Positions 39,101-51,142 of a stretch of 64,000 bases of DNA are shown piece after piece (positions within the stretch are counted from its first letter, which is position 1; each line of letters starts with the position of its first letter). A model generated the notes under the pieces. The model ran no database searches. It had not been told where the DNA came from and saw nothing but the letters and a program-made list of their open reading frames with translations. A program made the position numbers and the translations under genes. Source of the stretch: Callorhinchus milii (Eukaryota); contig NW_024704746.1 of NCBI RefSeq assembly GCF_018977255.1, positions 39,928,001 to 39,992,000 of the forward strand, written 5' to 3'.

Positions 39101-42100
39101 TTTGCCTGAGTGTCTGTCTCACCTGTTTGGTTTTGCTTGTTCTTATCCAGTTCAAGTGCTGCGGAGTCGTGTACTTCACAGATTGGTTAGAAATGACAGA
39201 AATGGAGTGGCCTCCTGACTCTTGCTGCATTCGAGAATTCCCAGGATGTTCCAGACAAGCCCAGCATAGTGACCTGACTGACCTTTATCAAGAAGTAAGG
39301 CAACCTTTTTCCCTCTCTCTCTTTTATGTGTATGAAATAACTAGTAATGCTGCCCATCCCAGAGGGCCGAGATGTTAGTTCTTATTGTTGATGTCCCCTA
39401 CCCTATCTGCACCACCAGTGGTGGCTGGGTTTTCAGATTCTACTCCCTTAATCTCTGGAACTTCCTCCCTGTACCTCCTCTTCCATCTCGTGCCCTCTCC
39501 AGCTGTTTTCAAGTCGTGACTCAAAACCTGCCTCTTAGAAGATGAGAGAACTTTGTAATTAGCTAGTCAACTCTTCTCCTCTGCTCTGTCACTGTAAATC
39601 ATTAAGACTTTTTCCTACGTGAAGGGTACTGTTACGATGCCTGAAAAATGCAGAAATCCATCATTATGTTTAAAAATATCCAAACCAGAATTGAAAGTTC
39701 CATGTATGTATGTCTGTCTGTCTCTCACCAACATAACACCAAGGGAAAACATGGCTCCTTGTGGCTTTGAAAACATGCAGGTGATTTTTTTTCCATCATT
39801 AGTATTATTGAGGTGTTGGGTGGGGGTGTGGGAGCGGATGGGGCAGAGGAGAATCACAGAAGGTCGCCAACACTATTAACACTATTAACCTGCCACTTGA
39901 TGGTTCCTCTGTGTACCTGCATGATTACTACTGTGAAAAAGTGAGTCTGAAGCTGTGAAACATCAAAGCAACTTTACAAAACCAAGCGCAGAAGAGCAGC
40001 ACCATAATGCAGTTTTCTTTCCCTACATTAGCCCTACTTATGAACATTTCAAATAGAATTAATGTTAAAATTATGGACAGGTTTGTGCCATGTTGACTTG
40101 AGACTGTTTGGGGACTAGCGAAACTCATTGCACTCAATATACCTGCAGTCAACCGGGAGCAGTGGTTTCTGATCCTATTAGCCTGGAACGGACTTGAATC
40201 CAAAGCGAGTAGCTGTCATAGCAAAGAGATGGCGGAAAAGAAAGGAGTGCAACTAAGGTCGACTTGGTCTGCTTTTGGGGTCAATATCAGTGCCAATACA
40301 AATAAAAGTAATGAATTGATTGTCAATTTTCACTTCTAATGCTATGACTTACTCTCCCAGGGGGAGTGGCTGAAAGGTAACTAATTGCTGTAGTTTGTGC
40401 TATAGTAACTGACAATGTTACATCAACTAGTGTAATGTTTCAGCATTGCTGATGTTCACTTGGATCTTCGGTGATTTGCGTTAACTGGAATAGGAATTTA
40501 TTCTTCCCCATCTCCCACCATGAGATACTGCCTCATTTCTAGTCCTGCTTTTTTACCTATGAAATCTGACTGCGAGGTTTATATTGATGATGGACTCCAC
40601 ACCTCCCTCTCTCTTCCTCCCACCATCCACATGTACAAATTGCAAATACCTGCTAGCTTCACCACATTGACAGACAGGAGCCAATTCTGCTGTAATGTAA
40701 AGCTTCCTCTCTGAGTGTGCTTGCCGGACATATACTCAGGTGATCAAAAAGGGCGCTGGAAGTTGTGCTTCTTGTTTTTCTATCCTTTTCTACCATCCTC
40801 CTCTCCCAAGGGTGCTGCAGCATGTTGCTGCAATATTGAAACCTGTGCTTTCCAACAACCTTTTCTCTGACAGGGCTTACATTCTCATTTTGCCCCAAGC
40901 GATCATTCATCACGTGACACTTAGTGTTGGCAGACTCTTGCACTGAAAGGTAGATGACGACTGATCTGGCTCTCATGAGCTGTCCAAACTGGTGCACTGG
41001 ACAGGGATTATAAGCAGAAACCCCAGGCTGAGTTTTCCCTTTCATAGCAATTGTAGTGAACTGGCTGAGATCAGCTAAACTCAGCAGAGACCGTAAATCA
41101 GAGCAACACCTTTTAGTCTTCTCGTGTGGTTCAACGCTTCACCCACTGGCCTTGGGGGAACCCATTTAGCGCTTGTTGACTGGATTTTCACACGTACAGT
41201 TATTATCTCTGCTCTTTTTCCTCTCCTCGCATTTTTTAAAAAAATGCTCAGCGGAAATAAAATTTTAAAAAGTTGCTAATCAGAAATACCCATCATAATA
41301 TTAATAATAATCCTTGCAATTGATATAGCGCCTTTCATGTCGGGAGGATGTCTCAAAACACTTCACAGGATTTACAATAAAGTGTAGCAACTGTATTTTG
41401 TAGGTGATATTTTGCAGAATATCATATAAACGACAGGTATGGGGAGCAAGTATATTATTTGTGTGCTCTATTCATTCAGATTAAAAAATGAAGCATTCAG
41501 CACAATTGCTGCTTCCGCACAAGATTAATAATGAAGGGGAAAAGGTTTCCTGAATTCAAACAGTTATTTTAAGCAACTAATCTTTAAAGTAAAAACAAAC
41601 AGTAATGTACGGTTGTCTGAAACCATTTGCTCTCAGGTCAGGAATAGAGTCAGCAGCTGCAGCCTGATTAAATATTGTTAAAAACAGTATGAAAAGGCTG
41701 TCTGCGTACTGTCGCGAACAAGGCAGCTGTTAAGAGGATCGTAAGTTTAATTAGAAGTCAGAGGTGATATTACATACAACCTGGAAATTAAAGTCTTTTT
41801 TAAAAAAAAACTCATTGTGTAGATTGAGTGTTGACGAAAGAAAAACAGCACCAGCAGTCATTGCCCTGTCATACCCTACTGACGACTCGGGTCAGGAATT
41901 CACACCAAGACAATCCATACTAGGCACTTTACTAATGTATTTTTTATACATTGGGTGGAAGTGGGAGGGGAATTATAGTTAGCACAAGATTTAAAAAGCA
42001 CATGATCAATCACAAGAGAGCAATAGAGAGTTTTTTTTCTTTGCACATTTTATAGCATTACTGCATTCATATATAGATTGGGAAATAACAGCCCGGTAAA

Positions 42101-45100
42101 ATATCAGTAATTACAAATGTAGATATGTGGTAAATCTCCGTGTGTCATCGGTATATAATTTTAAATCCCTCTTTTGGGGATAACACAATTTAAATTATTA
42201 CAGGGGGAACTCATCTGTGTAATTACTGACATATGTATTAGTGAATGGCCACTACACATGATCTTCTCATTTCTACTAAGCTATAAATGCCTCTTACAAT
42301 CAGGCAGTCCATAAATAGGATCAATGGTAGTCAATCCCTTTTGTTTTTTGGCTAATGGAGCTCATGTAGGATAAAAAGATGTATTCAAATATATAATGTT
42401 CAATCAAAAACTTCATTATCTGAAACTCCAATCATCAATTTAAGTCCTTAATAATAAAAGATCTTTCTTATAGTGTTTATTTGCTAAGATTTAAAAGATA
42501 GATAAATAATAATCCTTGCATTTTGATACTTTGATGGGGGGGGGAGGGTGCGGTGGGGGGAACTCACATGTGTTATGCTATTCAGGATATCTTGCTCCTC
42601 AGACACAGCTCACTTAAGCATAATTTAAAACACCTCAGGAAAGATGTTAAGATGGAGGGAATGCAGAGGAGATTTAGAAGAATGATCCCAAGGAAGAGGG
42701 GTTACAGTTTTGAGAGCTTGAAGAAGGTGGGTCCATTCTGATTGCAGCAGAGAAGATTGAGAGGGGACCCGATAGGGGTGTGCAAAATTATGAGGTTTAC
42801 TAACAGGGTAAATAGGGAGAAGCTATTTCCACTGGAACTTAGTTATAAGATAGTCACAAGAGTGAAAGGAGAACTTAGAATTTTTTTNGCGTTGTTGGGA
42901 TGAGTTGTTGGGATATGGAATGACCTGCCAAGTAGGGTGGTAGAGGAAGAATCCATGTGGGTTTCAAGAGAGAACATCACAACAGTTTTTACAGTGCAAT
43001 TGCACAGCAGCTATTTCACTCCCAAATTGCCAGCAACAAACATCCTCCAAAGAAAACTATTGGATTTATAAGGGAAATTACCTCTTTAGCAAGCAGACTG
43101 GGGGAGATATTGGACCTCTTGTGAAGTACTAAAACCCAAATGGTATCCACAAAGCTGAACATGTTAAAAGATATCTCCAAATACAGTAGATAGAAACAAG
43201 AAGTTGCGGTTATATAGAGCCTTTACTCATGGTAGTGTATTGGAGCGCTTAACGGTGGCGGAGCCTGACTCAAGCTGGGGTTCGGGTGGGAAAAGCATGT
43301 TTTATGTGCAAAGAAATTAGTGAAAGTAGATTAGGAGGAAGAGAAGACTTTGTACATCAAATGCCTCCTTTTTAGGCCTTTTCTGTTCATCAGGTGAATA
43401 TTTTTCATTTGAAAATATAGGAAGCAGGTGTTTGTTTCTGCATCATTGAAAAGACATAAATTGTGAAGCGTTTGGAAGATTTATAGTGCAATTAGATTAA
43501 CGATGCTTGGATATTTCTTGTCACTCGAGTTGTACAAAAGGCCATTCTTCGTCTGGTTTCATTCTGTTACCTTTATGTCCTTGTCAGCTACAACAACCTT
43601 CCATCTGGTTAACAGATCAGGGGCTTTCTACCTCACTGCTGAAGACCTCCCCCACCTCCACATGTATGTTCCTGAAACTTACAAGGTCACCTTTCAGATG
43701 ATTTGTAGACAGATTAATTGGGAAGCCACAAGCCCTAGTGTGCAAGGGACACAGTCCCAGTCTGGTTTGTCTTTGAGATATTGAGTGCTACTATTACTTG
43801 TCACTACTGTTGCTTCACTCCCGGTAGCTGCCAGCATTGTTAGTGCTGAGGCAGAAGCAGACCTACAAATAGCCCTGGACTTTGAAGGGCTGTGCATGCA
43901 AAGTGACTGATCAGCACTGTCTGTCTGTTAACAAAGTTGCAGAAAATAATAAGCCAGAATTGGTGATGAAATGTTAGCCCGTGACCTCACCATACTATGA
44001 CTTTGTGCCCTAGACCTTGCAAAGAATGATTTGCATTTGCAAACCTCAGAATATCAGTTTTGGATCAAAGAGGATTTTGTTTCTTTACAGTGTCATAAAA
44101 GGACTCATAAGGTGCTGCATTCTGGCAAACCGCTTCACACTTCATTGCAAAAGTAATTTGACACCTGCCCACAGTCATTATGTTTCCTAGACACCTGCTT
44201 TATATCTTTTAGCCCACTTCACTCCAAACATTTGAAGGATTTGTACATAACCAAAAACATTTTCATTTTTATATTAATTTCAGAAAAAAGAACTCCAGCT
44301 ACTCTCTGCTTAGCTTAAAAAACAACTAAGTATTCGTGCTTTAAGTATTACTTGCTGAACAATAATTGATGCTAACAGTCCATTAATTTTTAACAGCAGG
44401 ATTTTATTCATTGCTGTCCTCAAACCATAAAAGTGTTCCAATTTTAATCAGATGCTGCGTTCCACTATCTTTGCTGTCTCCCTTATTTTTATTGATATTT
44501 TATGTTGCAGAACATATTAACCACAGTTTTTTTTATTCACTTTTGCCTCAACTCCAAGTGTTGCAATTTTAATCAGATTGTGATTCAGATAGAACTGCTT
44601 TCCATTACTTTCCCTTTCTCTTTTCTCCCGTATTCTTACGGATTATCTAAAGAAGGTTAAGTGTGAAGGAAAATATATTTGTTTTTCTCAGAAATGTCAT
44701 TCTGTAATAAGAAACATTCAATACAAAAAGAGGTTGATATTCCTCTGCAGAAACAGAAGATGGCGTTAGTCATGTACTCAAGGTTTATGCCTTATTTATA
44801 TCGATGAATCCAAAGTGATATCAACTACAGTAGTAAAAGAATGTGGGCATAAACCTTGAGTTACACTTTTCTCATTGCATTAACTAGCGACTGAGCAGAC
44901 TTCTGCATATGTACGACAAACTGCTCAGCTCCCACCAGCACCTCTCCCCTCAGGTTCTGACTGTATCAATCTCCCTAATTGCTCACTCCAAACTCACAGA
45001 GCCAGCACAGAATAGCGATGTTCTGTGGATCAACATTAAAATCTTTGCACTCACCTTCAAATGCCATCACATAGTCTGCGCCTTCAGCCATCTTTTATCT

Positions 45101-48100
45101 CCCTCCCAGCTCAGGCTCCTGGTCAAGTATTGTAAAGCGCTTTCAGACAATAATAATATCATAATGTGATAATGATAATCCTTGCATTTGATATAGGGTC
45201 TTACCATGTCATCTAGACATCTCAAAGTGCTTCACAGGATATACTGTAAAATGGTTTGACTGTATTTTGTGAGTGAAACGCTCCATCAAAGGTGAAAGAT
45301 GCTGTAAGTGCAAAAAAAAGTGCAAGTGTATAACTGAGATGGGAAGGGTGGTGGGGGGGTGGGTGTGTAGTTAATATTATTAAAGAGTTGTTTGCACATC
45401 AATAACAGTCCATTTGATCACCCAGCAATATTTAAAGAAAAAAGGTTACATGACCGTCTCTTTAATTACATTTAAAAAAATTCCATTTGAAGCTTCCATT
45501 AGACCACATTAGTGTGGTTTTACAATTTTAATGACAGTTTTATAGTATAGCCTAAATAGAGATTTGCAGCTGCAGGATTAACACAGCAATTTGCTGCCCA
45601 ACTATCTTCTCAAGATAGTTCCCACATTCGGGTTTCAGTGTCATTTGATTTGGGGGATTTCACTACTATACATTGTTGTTTCTATGATGAAAGGCAGCAA
45701 GGACACAAGAAACGCAATACAATTTTTTTCCTTAAATCTAAGGCTTATGCATTTAATGGGCATTACAGGCAAGATTACATTTCTTATCGATTATCCAATT
45801 TGTGGCTTTAACGATTTGCAAATCATTTCAAATTGATAAAACACAAGGCTGAATACCCAGATAAAAATTGTAATTGTCAAAATAAAGTAGAAAAATGCTA
45901 AATGTCAAGATACAAATCTTAGCACTTTAACACATCCAGAGGTACAAGCCAAAGCCAGAAGCTTTGTTAGCTTGACGGCCAGTAGAGAACATACGGTCAA
46001 TAGCAATAGATTTCACCTCAAGGATGTTGTGCTAATGTGAACTAGCAACACATGTACTGCCTAGTTTAGCTCACAACAGCAATATTGGTGACAGAACAGT
46101 AAACTGGATAGAATACAAAATTCAATTGTGCTCATTCAAGCCAGTGACTTAAATTCATTGGCTTTTATTGTCAAGGTCACAGAGACAGGAATGATCTGGT
46201 GAGCATGAGTACCAGGTGGAGTCCTGTAGCTCAGTAGTTAGAGCACTCGCCTCGCATGGCGAAATGTTCAGCAAGTTTCTTTACTCCACACACCTATGTT
46301 TACCTAGCAGGAAGTAGGAACCCCGTTGTTCAAGCTCTCTGACACGCTACCCTGTGTGGAGGGCACTATATAAGTTCAAGTTGTTGTTGGTCAAATGGTG
46401 AATTGTTTTTTTGTTTATCCAGGGATAATAATGCTTCAAAACATTTTTTTGTCACTTAATCCATTACTGTTTGTGTGACACTGCTGTGTGCAAATAGCTG
46501 CTGTGCTTTGCCCATAATTATACAGTCAATTCCCTTTACAGTATATTCTGAGAAGCACTTTGAGACGTCTAGAAGACGTGAAAAACGCTATATCAAATGC
46601 AAGCATTATTATGGATGCCACTCCGTTTTAGTGAACAGCAACAACCATTTGCACTTGTAAGACACCTTTCATACAGGAGAATGTCTCAAAAAAAAATTCA
46701 GTGGGAGCCCAAGCTGGGAGGAAAGAAGGAAGTTAGCTGAACATGCAGCTGATGAGGTGGAGGGACTTCAGAAGAGAGTTCCAGAGAGAGGGGGCAAATT
46801 CTCTAAAGCTTGCCTGTTGATGGTGGGGCCTAATGGATGGGGGAAGCGTGAAGGAATCCAAGTTGGTGGAGTGGAGGCTAGTAGAGAGGAGGAGCACCAT
46901 CGCAAAATATCACAGTAGTACTGGAGGTGGGTCTAGGTGGTGGAGGCTTTTGAAGATGAGGATGTGCTTGTTGCTGAGAATGATGAAAGGCGCCTAATTT
47001 CTACCCTTATTTTATCTCAGCTCAAATTGGCAGTTTTGCTTCAACTAGTATATCAACTACCATCCCACCTTCAAAAGATACCAATTTAGCTTGTAGGAAC
47101 GACTTGTATCAAGGAGCTCTAAGACTTAAAAGCTACAAGTACAGAGTTGTAAAGAGATTAGATGAGCTGCAACTCGACAGCCCGAAGTTGATTGATTTTT
47201 GCAGAAGTACGCATTACAATTCCTCCCAATACTGTGCTAGTGGTGTACCGTGCATCATTGTGAACAGATCTTATGACAGTCACACTTTTTATTCACTGAA
47301 AAGAAGAAATCGACCAGCACTTCAAACTGAAGAAATGGTAGAAGCAGAATTCCCCTGAATGATGGTGCCAGAGGAAACAGCTCAGGCATCTCACAGTTGG
47401 CAGAGAAAAAACCTCTGCCAGGAAATCATGAATTAAGCTTTTACCTTTCCTTTCCTGAGATTTTTCTTTTCCTCCACTGTTGGCCAGTGCTTGGAGCACA
47501 AATTGTGAAATTTCCCATCCCAGGAGAGTTAACACACACTGGATTGATAGAATGTATAACTTTGTTCAGTATCTTCTGTGTACAATGCATTAACATTTAT
47601 CACGGAGGTACATTTTCACTGAAGAATAGAATTCAAATTGTAAATGGAGCAGTGTAAAGCGAGGTATCATTTTAGTTGTCATAACAACTAGTTTCCTCTT
47701 TAAAGGTTTTTAAACATTGGTCTGATACAGAACAGTTAATTTAAAATGCAAGTATCTATGGTTTTTAATACTTGAATTATAATAGTTAATATCGTATCTC
47801 CAAAGTTACCAGATTGTGATGGGGGAAATCAATTGATACAGTAATAGTGCTGTGCAGATGTGAGGATTTTTTTATTGTTGAAATACACCCAGGAATAAAA
47901 TAGGTTCTTATAAATTTTACTTGCGTGGCTTTGATTAAAACCTTCAAGAAAGTAACAGAATAATGGAGTTAATTGGAGGATATTGGGCGGAGGTTATAGG
48001 GTAGATAGAAATAAATGAATACGACGTGGGAGATTCAGATGAACAAATAATAATCCTTACATTTGCTTAAGAACATTTCAAGTTGGGAGGACAACTCAAA

Positions 48101-50516
48101 GCATTTCACAGGATATATTGTAAAGCGTAGTTAGTGACTCTGTATTTTGAAGGTGAACCTGACTCCCAATTTGCACGCAGCAATGTCCCACAAACAACCA
48201 TGAAATGAATGACCAATTTTATCTGGGGGTATTTTTGGTCAGGACACTAGGAAAAACTCCCTTCTCTTTTCGAACACTGCCATGGAATCTTTAACATCCA
48301 TTTGTACAGACAGACAGGACCTCGGTTTAACATCTCACACTTAGTAGAACACAATGGTTTCTGAGTACAGGGAGGTAATCCGTTGAAGGAAGGAATACAG
48401 CTTGAATAGGAAATGTGGGGATTAGGGAATAGTTATACAGAACCTTTGACCCAGGAGGTAATGGGGAGATGTAAATCACATGGGATTTGTATCGAGAAAG
48501 TCTTTAATGAGCTGAGTGGCCTTTTCTCCTCCTGTGCACTTAGATTCTTTCAAAGCTTAGAATTACATTACTTAAAAGAATCCCTGATTTTAAGACTCAT
48601 TTGCGTGATCTTGTCAGATTTTGATAGAATTTTTACGACATTGTATAAATGAAAGCAGCTTCAAGATATCTTGCCGGCATGCACAGAACTGAACACCGAT
48701 GAAACAAATGATATCATTACCAGCAGTCAGAAGGCTAATGCTGTTTACTGTGGACACGAACACAGCAGAGACTCTGACTCGTGCTCCATGAATTTACTTT
48801 TCATCAAATTCTGGCACTTGAAATCTGTCAAAGAAAATAAATTGGTTTTCGCAAGGTGATATTCCAAGGATTAATCACTTAAGATAATAGTGGTGGTGTA
48901 TGAAAGGCTAAATACGAAGATGAGTGAAACCATTCTGCCAGGGTTGATTCCAGTTCGGTGCCACTAAATGTACAATTGGGACTTTGAACTCACAGAGTTC
49001 AGACTGACACTCCATTGCAGTGCTGTGGGTGTGGTAGATTGTCGGAGGTGCCATCCTTCAGATGAGATATTAAACCGAGTTCCCATCTTATTCTTCACGT
49101 GAATGCTAAAGATCATCCCGTGGTACTATTTGAAAAAAGAACATTTTCTCCTGGTGTGCTGCCTAACAATCCCCAAAATAAAAATGGTCATTCACTTCAT
49201 AGCTGTTTGTGTGACACCTTTGGGCATACATTGGCTGCCACCTTTGTCTTCAAAATATGGTCAAACCTGTTAAAGCAACTACCTCTATTCAGCAACCACC
49301 TGCTGCCAACAACCCTTCTAAAACAGTCCCGACTGATTTTTCAGTATAAATCACCTCTATTCAGCAAACACCTGTCTAACACAACCAGTAGCCACACTTG
49401 TTTAGCCTTGTTGGTGTACTGACACCCTTTTCAGCAGCCAGTTCTAAGTGAAATTAAGTGTATATGGTGGTGATACATTACCAATTTCAGCAGGCTCGCT
49501 CATAGACTCGCTGGACTCCTAGCGCATTTACCAACATGGCGCTGAACAGCCCATGTGATACCCACAGCTTCCGTCCTTGGTAAATGCACTAGGAATCTGC
49601 ATGCAGGCTTACAGACATTTTAAAAAAAAATTGTGCCCAGTCAACGAAGCCTTACTCGGAAGTCACCCTTAAATAATACAATTTGGTCCAGTCCCCTAAG
49701 CGTTTGCTCAAAATAGATTTGACTCTACACAGTCACTACACTTCACAGTAAAATTCATGAGGGGCTTTGAGGCATTATATCAAAAACAATGATTATTGTT
49801 ATTTCCAATATTCTGTCCTAAAAATGAATTACTAACCTTTAATATGGTATTTTTAGACTGATAGATAAAACTGATATAGAAAACGAGAAGGCTATAGCAT
49901 GGGCAGTATATCCGTGGGTAAGAGTTGGTTGCTTGTGTTATAATTTTGATTCAAAGTGTTCCTTAACATTATACAAGAGCATTTCTCAAAACTCAGTGCA
50001 ATTAAACCAAACAAACAACAGCAACTTACATTTACTGTATATAGCACTCTTCACATAGTATAATGTCTCGGAACATTAAATAGAATGCATGTGTGTGTGT
50101 GTGTATGTATCTATGTGTGTGTGCGGACATGTGTTCATATGCCTGTAGAAGGGATATGTCAGCATTTTCTTTGTATTATTAATGCAATGTCTGGCTTTTT
50201 TTTAAAACAGGGTTGTGGTCAGAAAATGTACAGTTTCCTGCGTGGCACAAAACAATTGCAGGTGTTGAGGTTTCTTGGGATTTCGATTGGTGTAACACAG
50301 CTGCTGGCCATGATTCTCACCATTACCTTACTCTGGGCTCTATACTTTGACAAAAAAGACCTAGGGTCTCAAGTGGTGGCTCCAAACAAAGTCGTCATTC
50401 AACACCACTCAAGGCATTCAATGGAATTGTTAAAGCACGGTTCAAGGGTTTGTGAACTCAGGCAGACGGGCCCAGCAAGCAGCTTCTACTCGCACTTTGA
50501 AATGGCAGAACTCTAG
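24087..50516 (+). CDS. TSPAN12: Tetraspanin-12 (Norrin/FZD4 co-receptor), complete 7-coding-exon CDS, 305 aa
   Basis: Join of 24087-24152, 25254-25336, 27863-27998, 33497-33571, 38735-38842, 39151-39294, 50211-50516 = 918 nt. [22 protein letters not shown]...[26 protein letters not shown]...HFEMAEL*, with tetraspanin CCG and PDSCC motifs; same length as human TSPAN12. Confidence 0.98.
24815..25045 (-). mobile_element. Old DeuSINE fragment
   Basis: ggccaggaca...gcagatgggcctc...aaacatctca...cttgaaccca in reverse orientation. Confidence 0.6.
25254..25336 (+). CDS. TSPAN12: TSPAN12 coding exon 2 ([28 protein letters not shown])
   Basis: cag/GTATGT, 83 bp. Confidence 0.96.
25579..25802. mobile_element. 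Palindromic MITE-like element with about 70-bp imperfect inverted arms
   Basis: Left aattccacctgggtctagacttaccttattttcgtagcgtttcagaacattcagaatttggcaaatt matches the reverse complement of the right arm; related copies at about 32380-32880 and 56099-56175. Confidence 0.75.
26504..26828 (+). mobile_element. Young full-length tRNA-Ala-derived SINE
   Basis: GTGGAGTCCTGTAGCTCAGTGGTTAGAGCACTCGCTTTGCAAG... to aaatgcaagg(att)n. Confidence 0.93.
27863..27998 (+). CDS. TSPAN12: TSPAN12 coding exon 3 ([45 protein letters not shown])
   Basis: cag/GTATGT, 136 bp. Confidence 0.97.
30960..31280 (+). mobile_element. Degenerate CR1 LINE 3' fragment
   Basis: Translates [16 protein letters not shown], resembling CR1 LGLFSLEKRRLRGDLIEVYK; downstream aggaagtatttctttactca. 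Confidence 0.75.
32446..32832. mobile_element. Non-autonomous hAT (Charlie-like) DNA transposon
   Basis: TIRs CAGGAGTGTCAAAC / GTTTGACATCCCTG and exact 8-bp TSD CTCTAAAA at 32438-32445 and 32833-32840. Confidence 0.88.
33497..33571 (+). CDS. TSPAN12: TSPAN12 coding exon 4 ([25 protein letters not shown])
   Basis: cag/GTGAGT, 75 bp. Confidence 0.96.
33744..33812 (-). mobile_element. L2-type 3' tail with (TTG)n end
   Basis: caacaac-ttgcacttatatagcgccctccacacacagggtagtgtctcagagcgcttg; same tail on + at 46331-46389. Confidence 0.7.
34438..34605 (-). mobile_element. SINE 3' half
   Basis: Reverse complement of the Deu-like body and tail of the main SINE. Confidence 0.8.
37905..38268 (+). mobile_element. 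Old full-length DeuSINE
   Basis: cagcttggctcagtt head, cttcagatgagatattaaac...aaagatcccatggtactatt Deu-like core, L2-type tail. Confidence 0.8.
38735..38842 (+). CDS. TSPAN12: TSPAN12 coding exon 5 ([36 protein letters not shown]), GC donor
   Basis: cag acceptor, 108 bp, ends GAG|GCAAGT (non-canonical GC 5' splice site needed for the homologous phase-0 junction). Confidence 0.93.
39151..39294 (+). CDS. TSPAN12: TSPAN12 coding exon 6 ([48 protein letters not shown])
   Basis: cag/GTAAGG, 144 bp, large extracellular loop with CCG. Confidence 0.97.
40500..40925 (+). mobile_element. Degenerate L2 fragment
   Basis: Pyrimidine-rich sequence resembling L2 ORF2; no intact motif confirmed. Confidence 0.4.
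42595..42975 (+). mobile_element. CR1 LINE fragment
   Basis: [19 protein letters not shown] and LQQRRLRGD resemble CR1 ORF2 C-terminal motifs. Confidence 0.8.
46216..46611 (+). mobile_element. Older tRNA-derived SINE with nested L2 tail (46331-46389)
   Basis: Head GTGGAGTCCTGTAGCTCAG, central gtttacctagcaggaagtaggaaccc, inserted (TTG)n-tailed fragment, then Deu-like body and tail. Confidence 0.8.
48046..48340 (-). mobile_element. DeuSINE inserted in a probable CR1 remnant
   Basis: Reverse-complement tail, gcaatgtcccacaaac, gccatggaatctttaacatcca...ctcggtttaacatctca. Confidence 0.75.
48940..49803 (+). mobile_element. Old DeuSINE split by a DNA transposon
   Basis: Deu-like core to ttggctgcc...caaaata at 49257, resumes cacagtcactacacttcacag at 49728. 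Confidence 0.75.
49258..49725. mobile_element. Tc1/mariner (Tigger/pogo-like) non-autonomous element
   Basis: TA at 49256-57 and 49726-27; degenerate TIRs tggtcaaacctgtt / aatagatttgactc; subterminal repeat acctctattcagcaa twice. Confidence 0.7.
50211..50516 (+). CDS. TSPAN12: TSPAN12 last coding exon ([45 protein letters not shown]...HFEMAEL*)
   Basis: cag acceptor at 50208-50210, TM4, TAG stop. Confidence 0.97.
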   Translation, partial: GCGQKMYSFLRGTKQLQVLRFLGISIGVTQLLAMILTITLLWALYFDKKDLGSQVVAPNKVVIQHHSRHSMELLKHGSRVCELRQTGPASSFYSHFEMAEL

Positions 50517-51142
50517 CTGCAAGCTGATCGAGCCAGCTAGATTCTCAAATTATTGCACACAGTTTCCCCTAATGGTTTACCCTTTTAAACGAATGCCAGT
50601 GGTAACATTTGCAAGGAGAAATGGATGTGTTAAATCTTCTAATTGCGGGCCACCATCTGTAAAGAGATAAGAGACGGTGGTGAAGAAAGATTCACTTTGT
50701 GCAAGTAAATGTATTCATCACATTTGTAGATTCTTTTAACGGTACAGAATATGAAAGGTACTAAAACAAGCCATGAGATTGAGATTTGTTTTTGAATTAA
50801 TCCACGCTGGAGGAGGAAGACTGATTGTGTTTTAAAACAAGTCAAGAGATACATAGGTTCCACCAAAGCAGTTAACACAATTAGCACATTTACATTTTAC
50901 TTTAAAAGTATTGATGTAATTGATTAAATCTTGCATTTCTACAGGAATTAGTTTTTGATTCATGATAATTGGAAGTGAATCTTCTAATCTTTATGGCTTG
51001 ATAATAATAATGATGAAATGCATGCATGATCCATTCGTCTTGTGGTTTAAAATACCTCCTTATTGATCAAATTTAGAGGAAAGGTTATAGAGGACTGATT
51101 TTCAGGAACTGCATTATGAACCGTGCTCAAACAATGTTTAAT

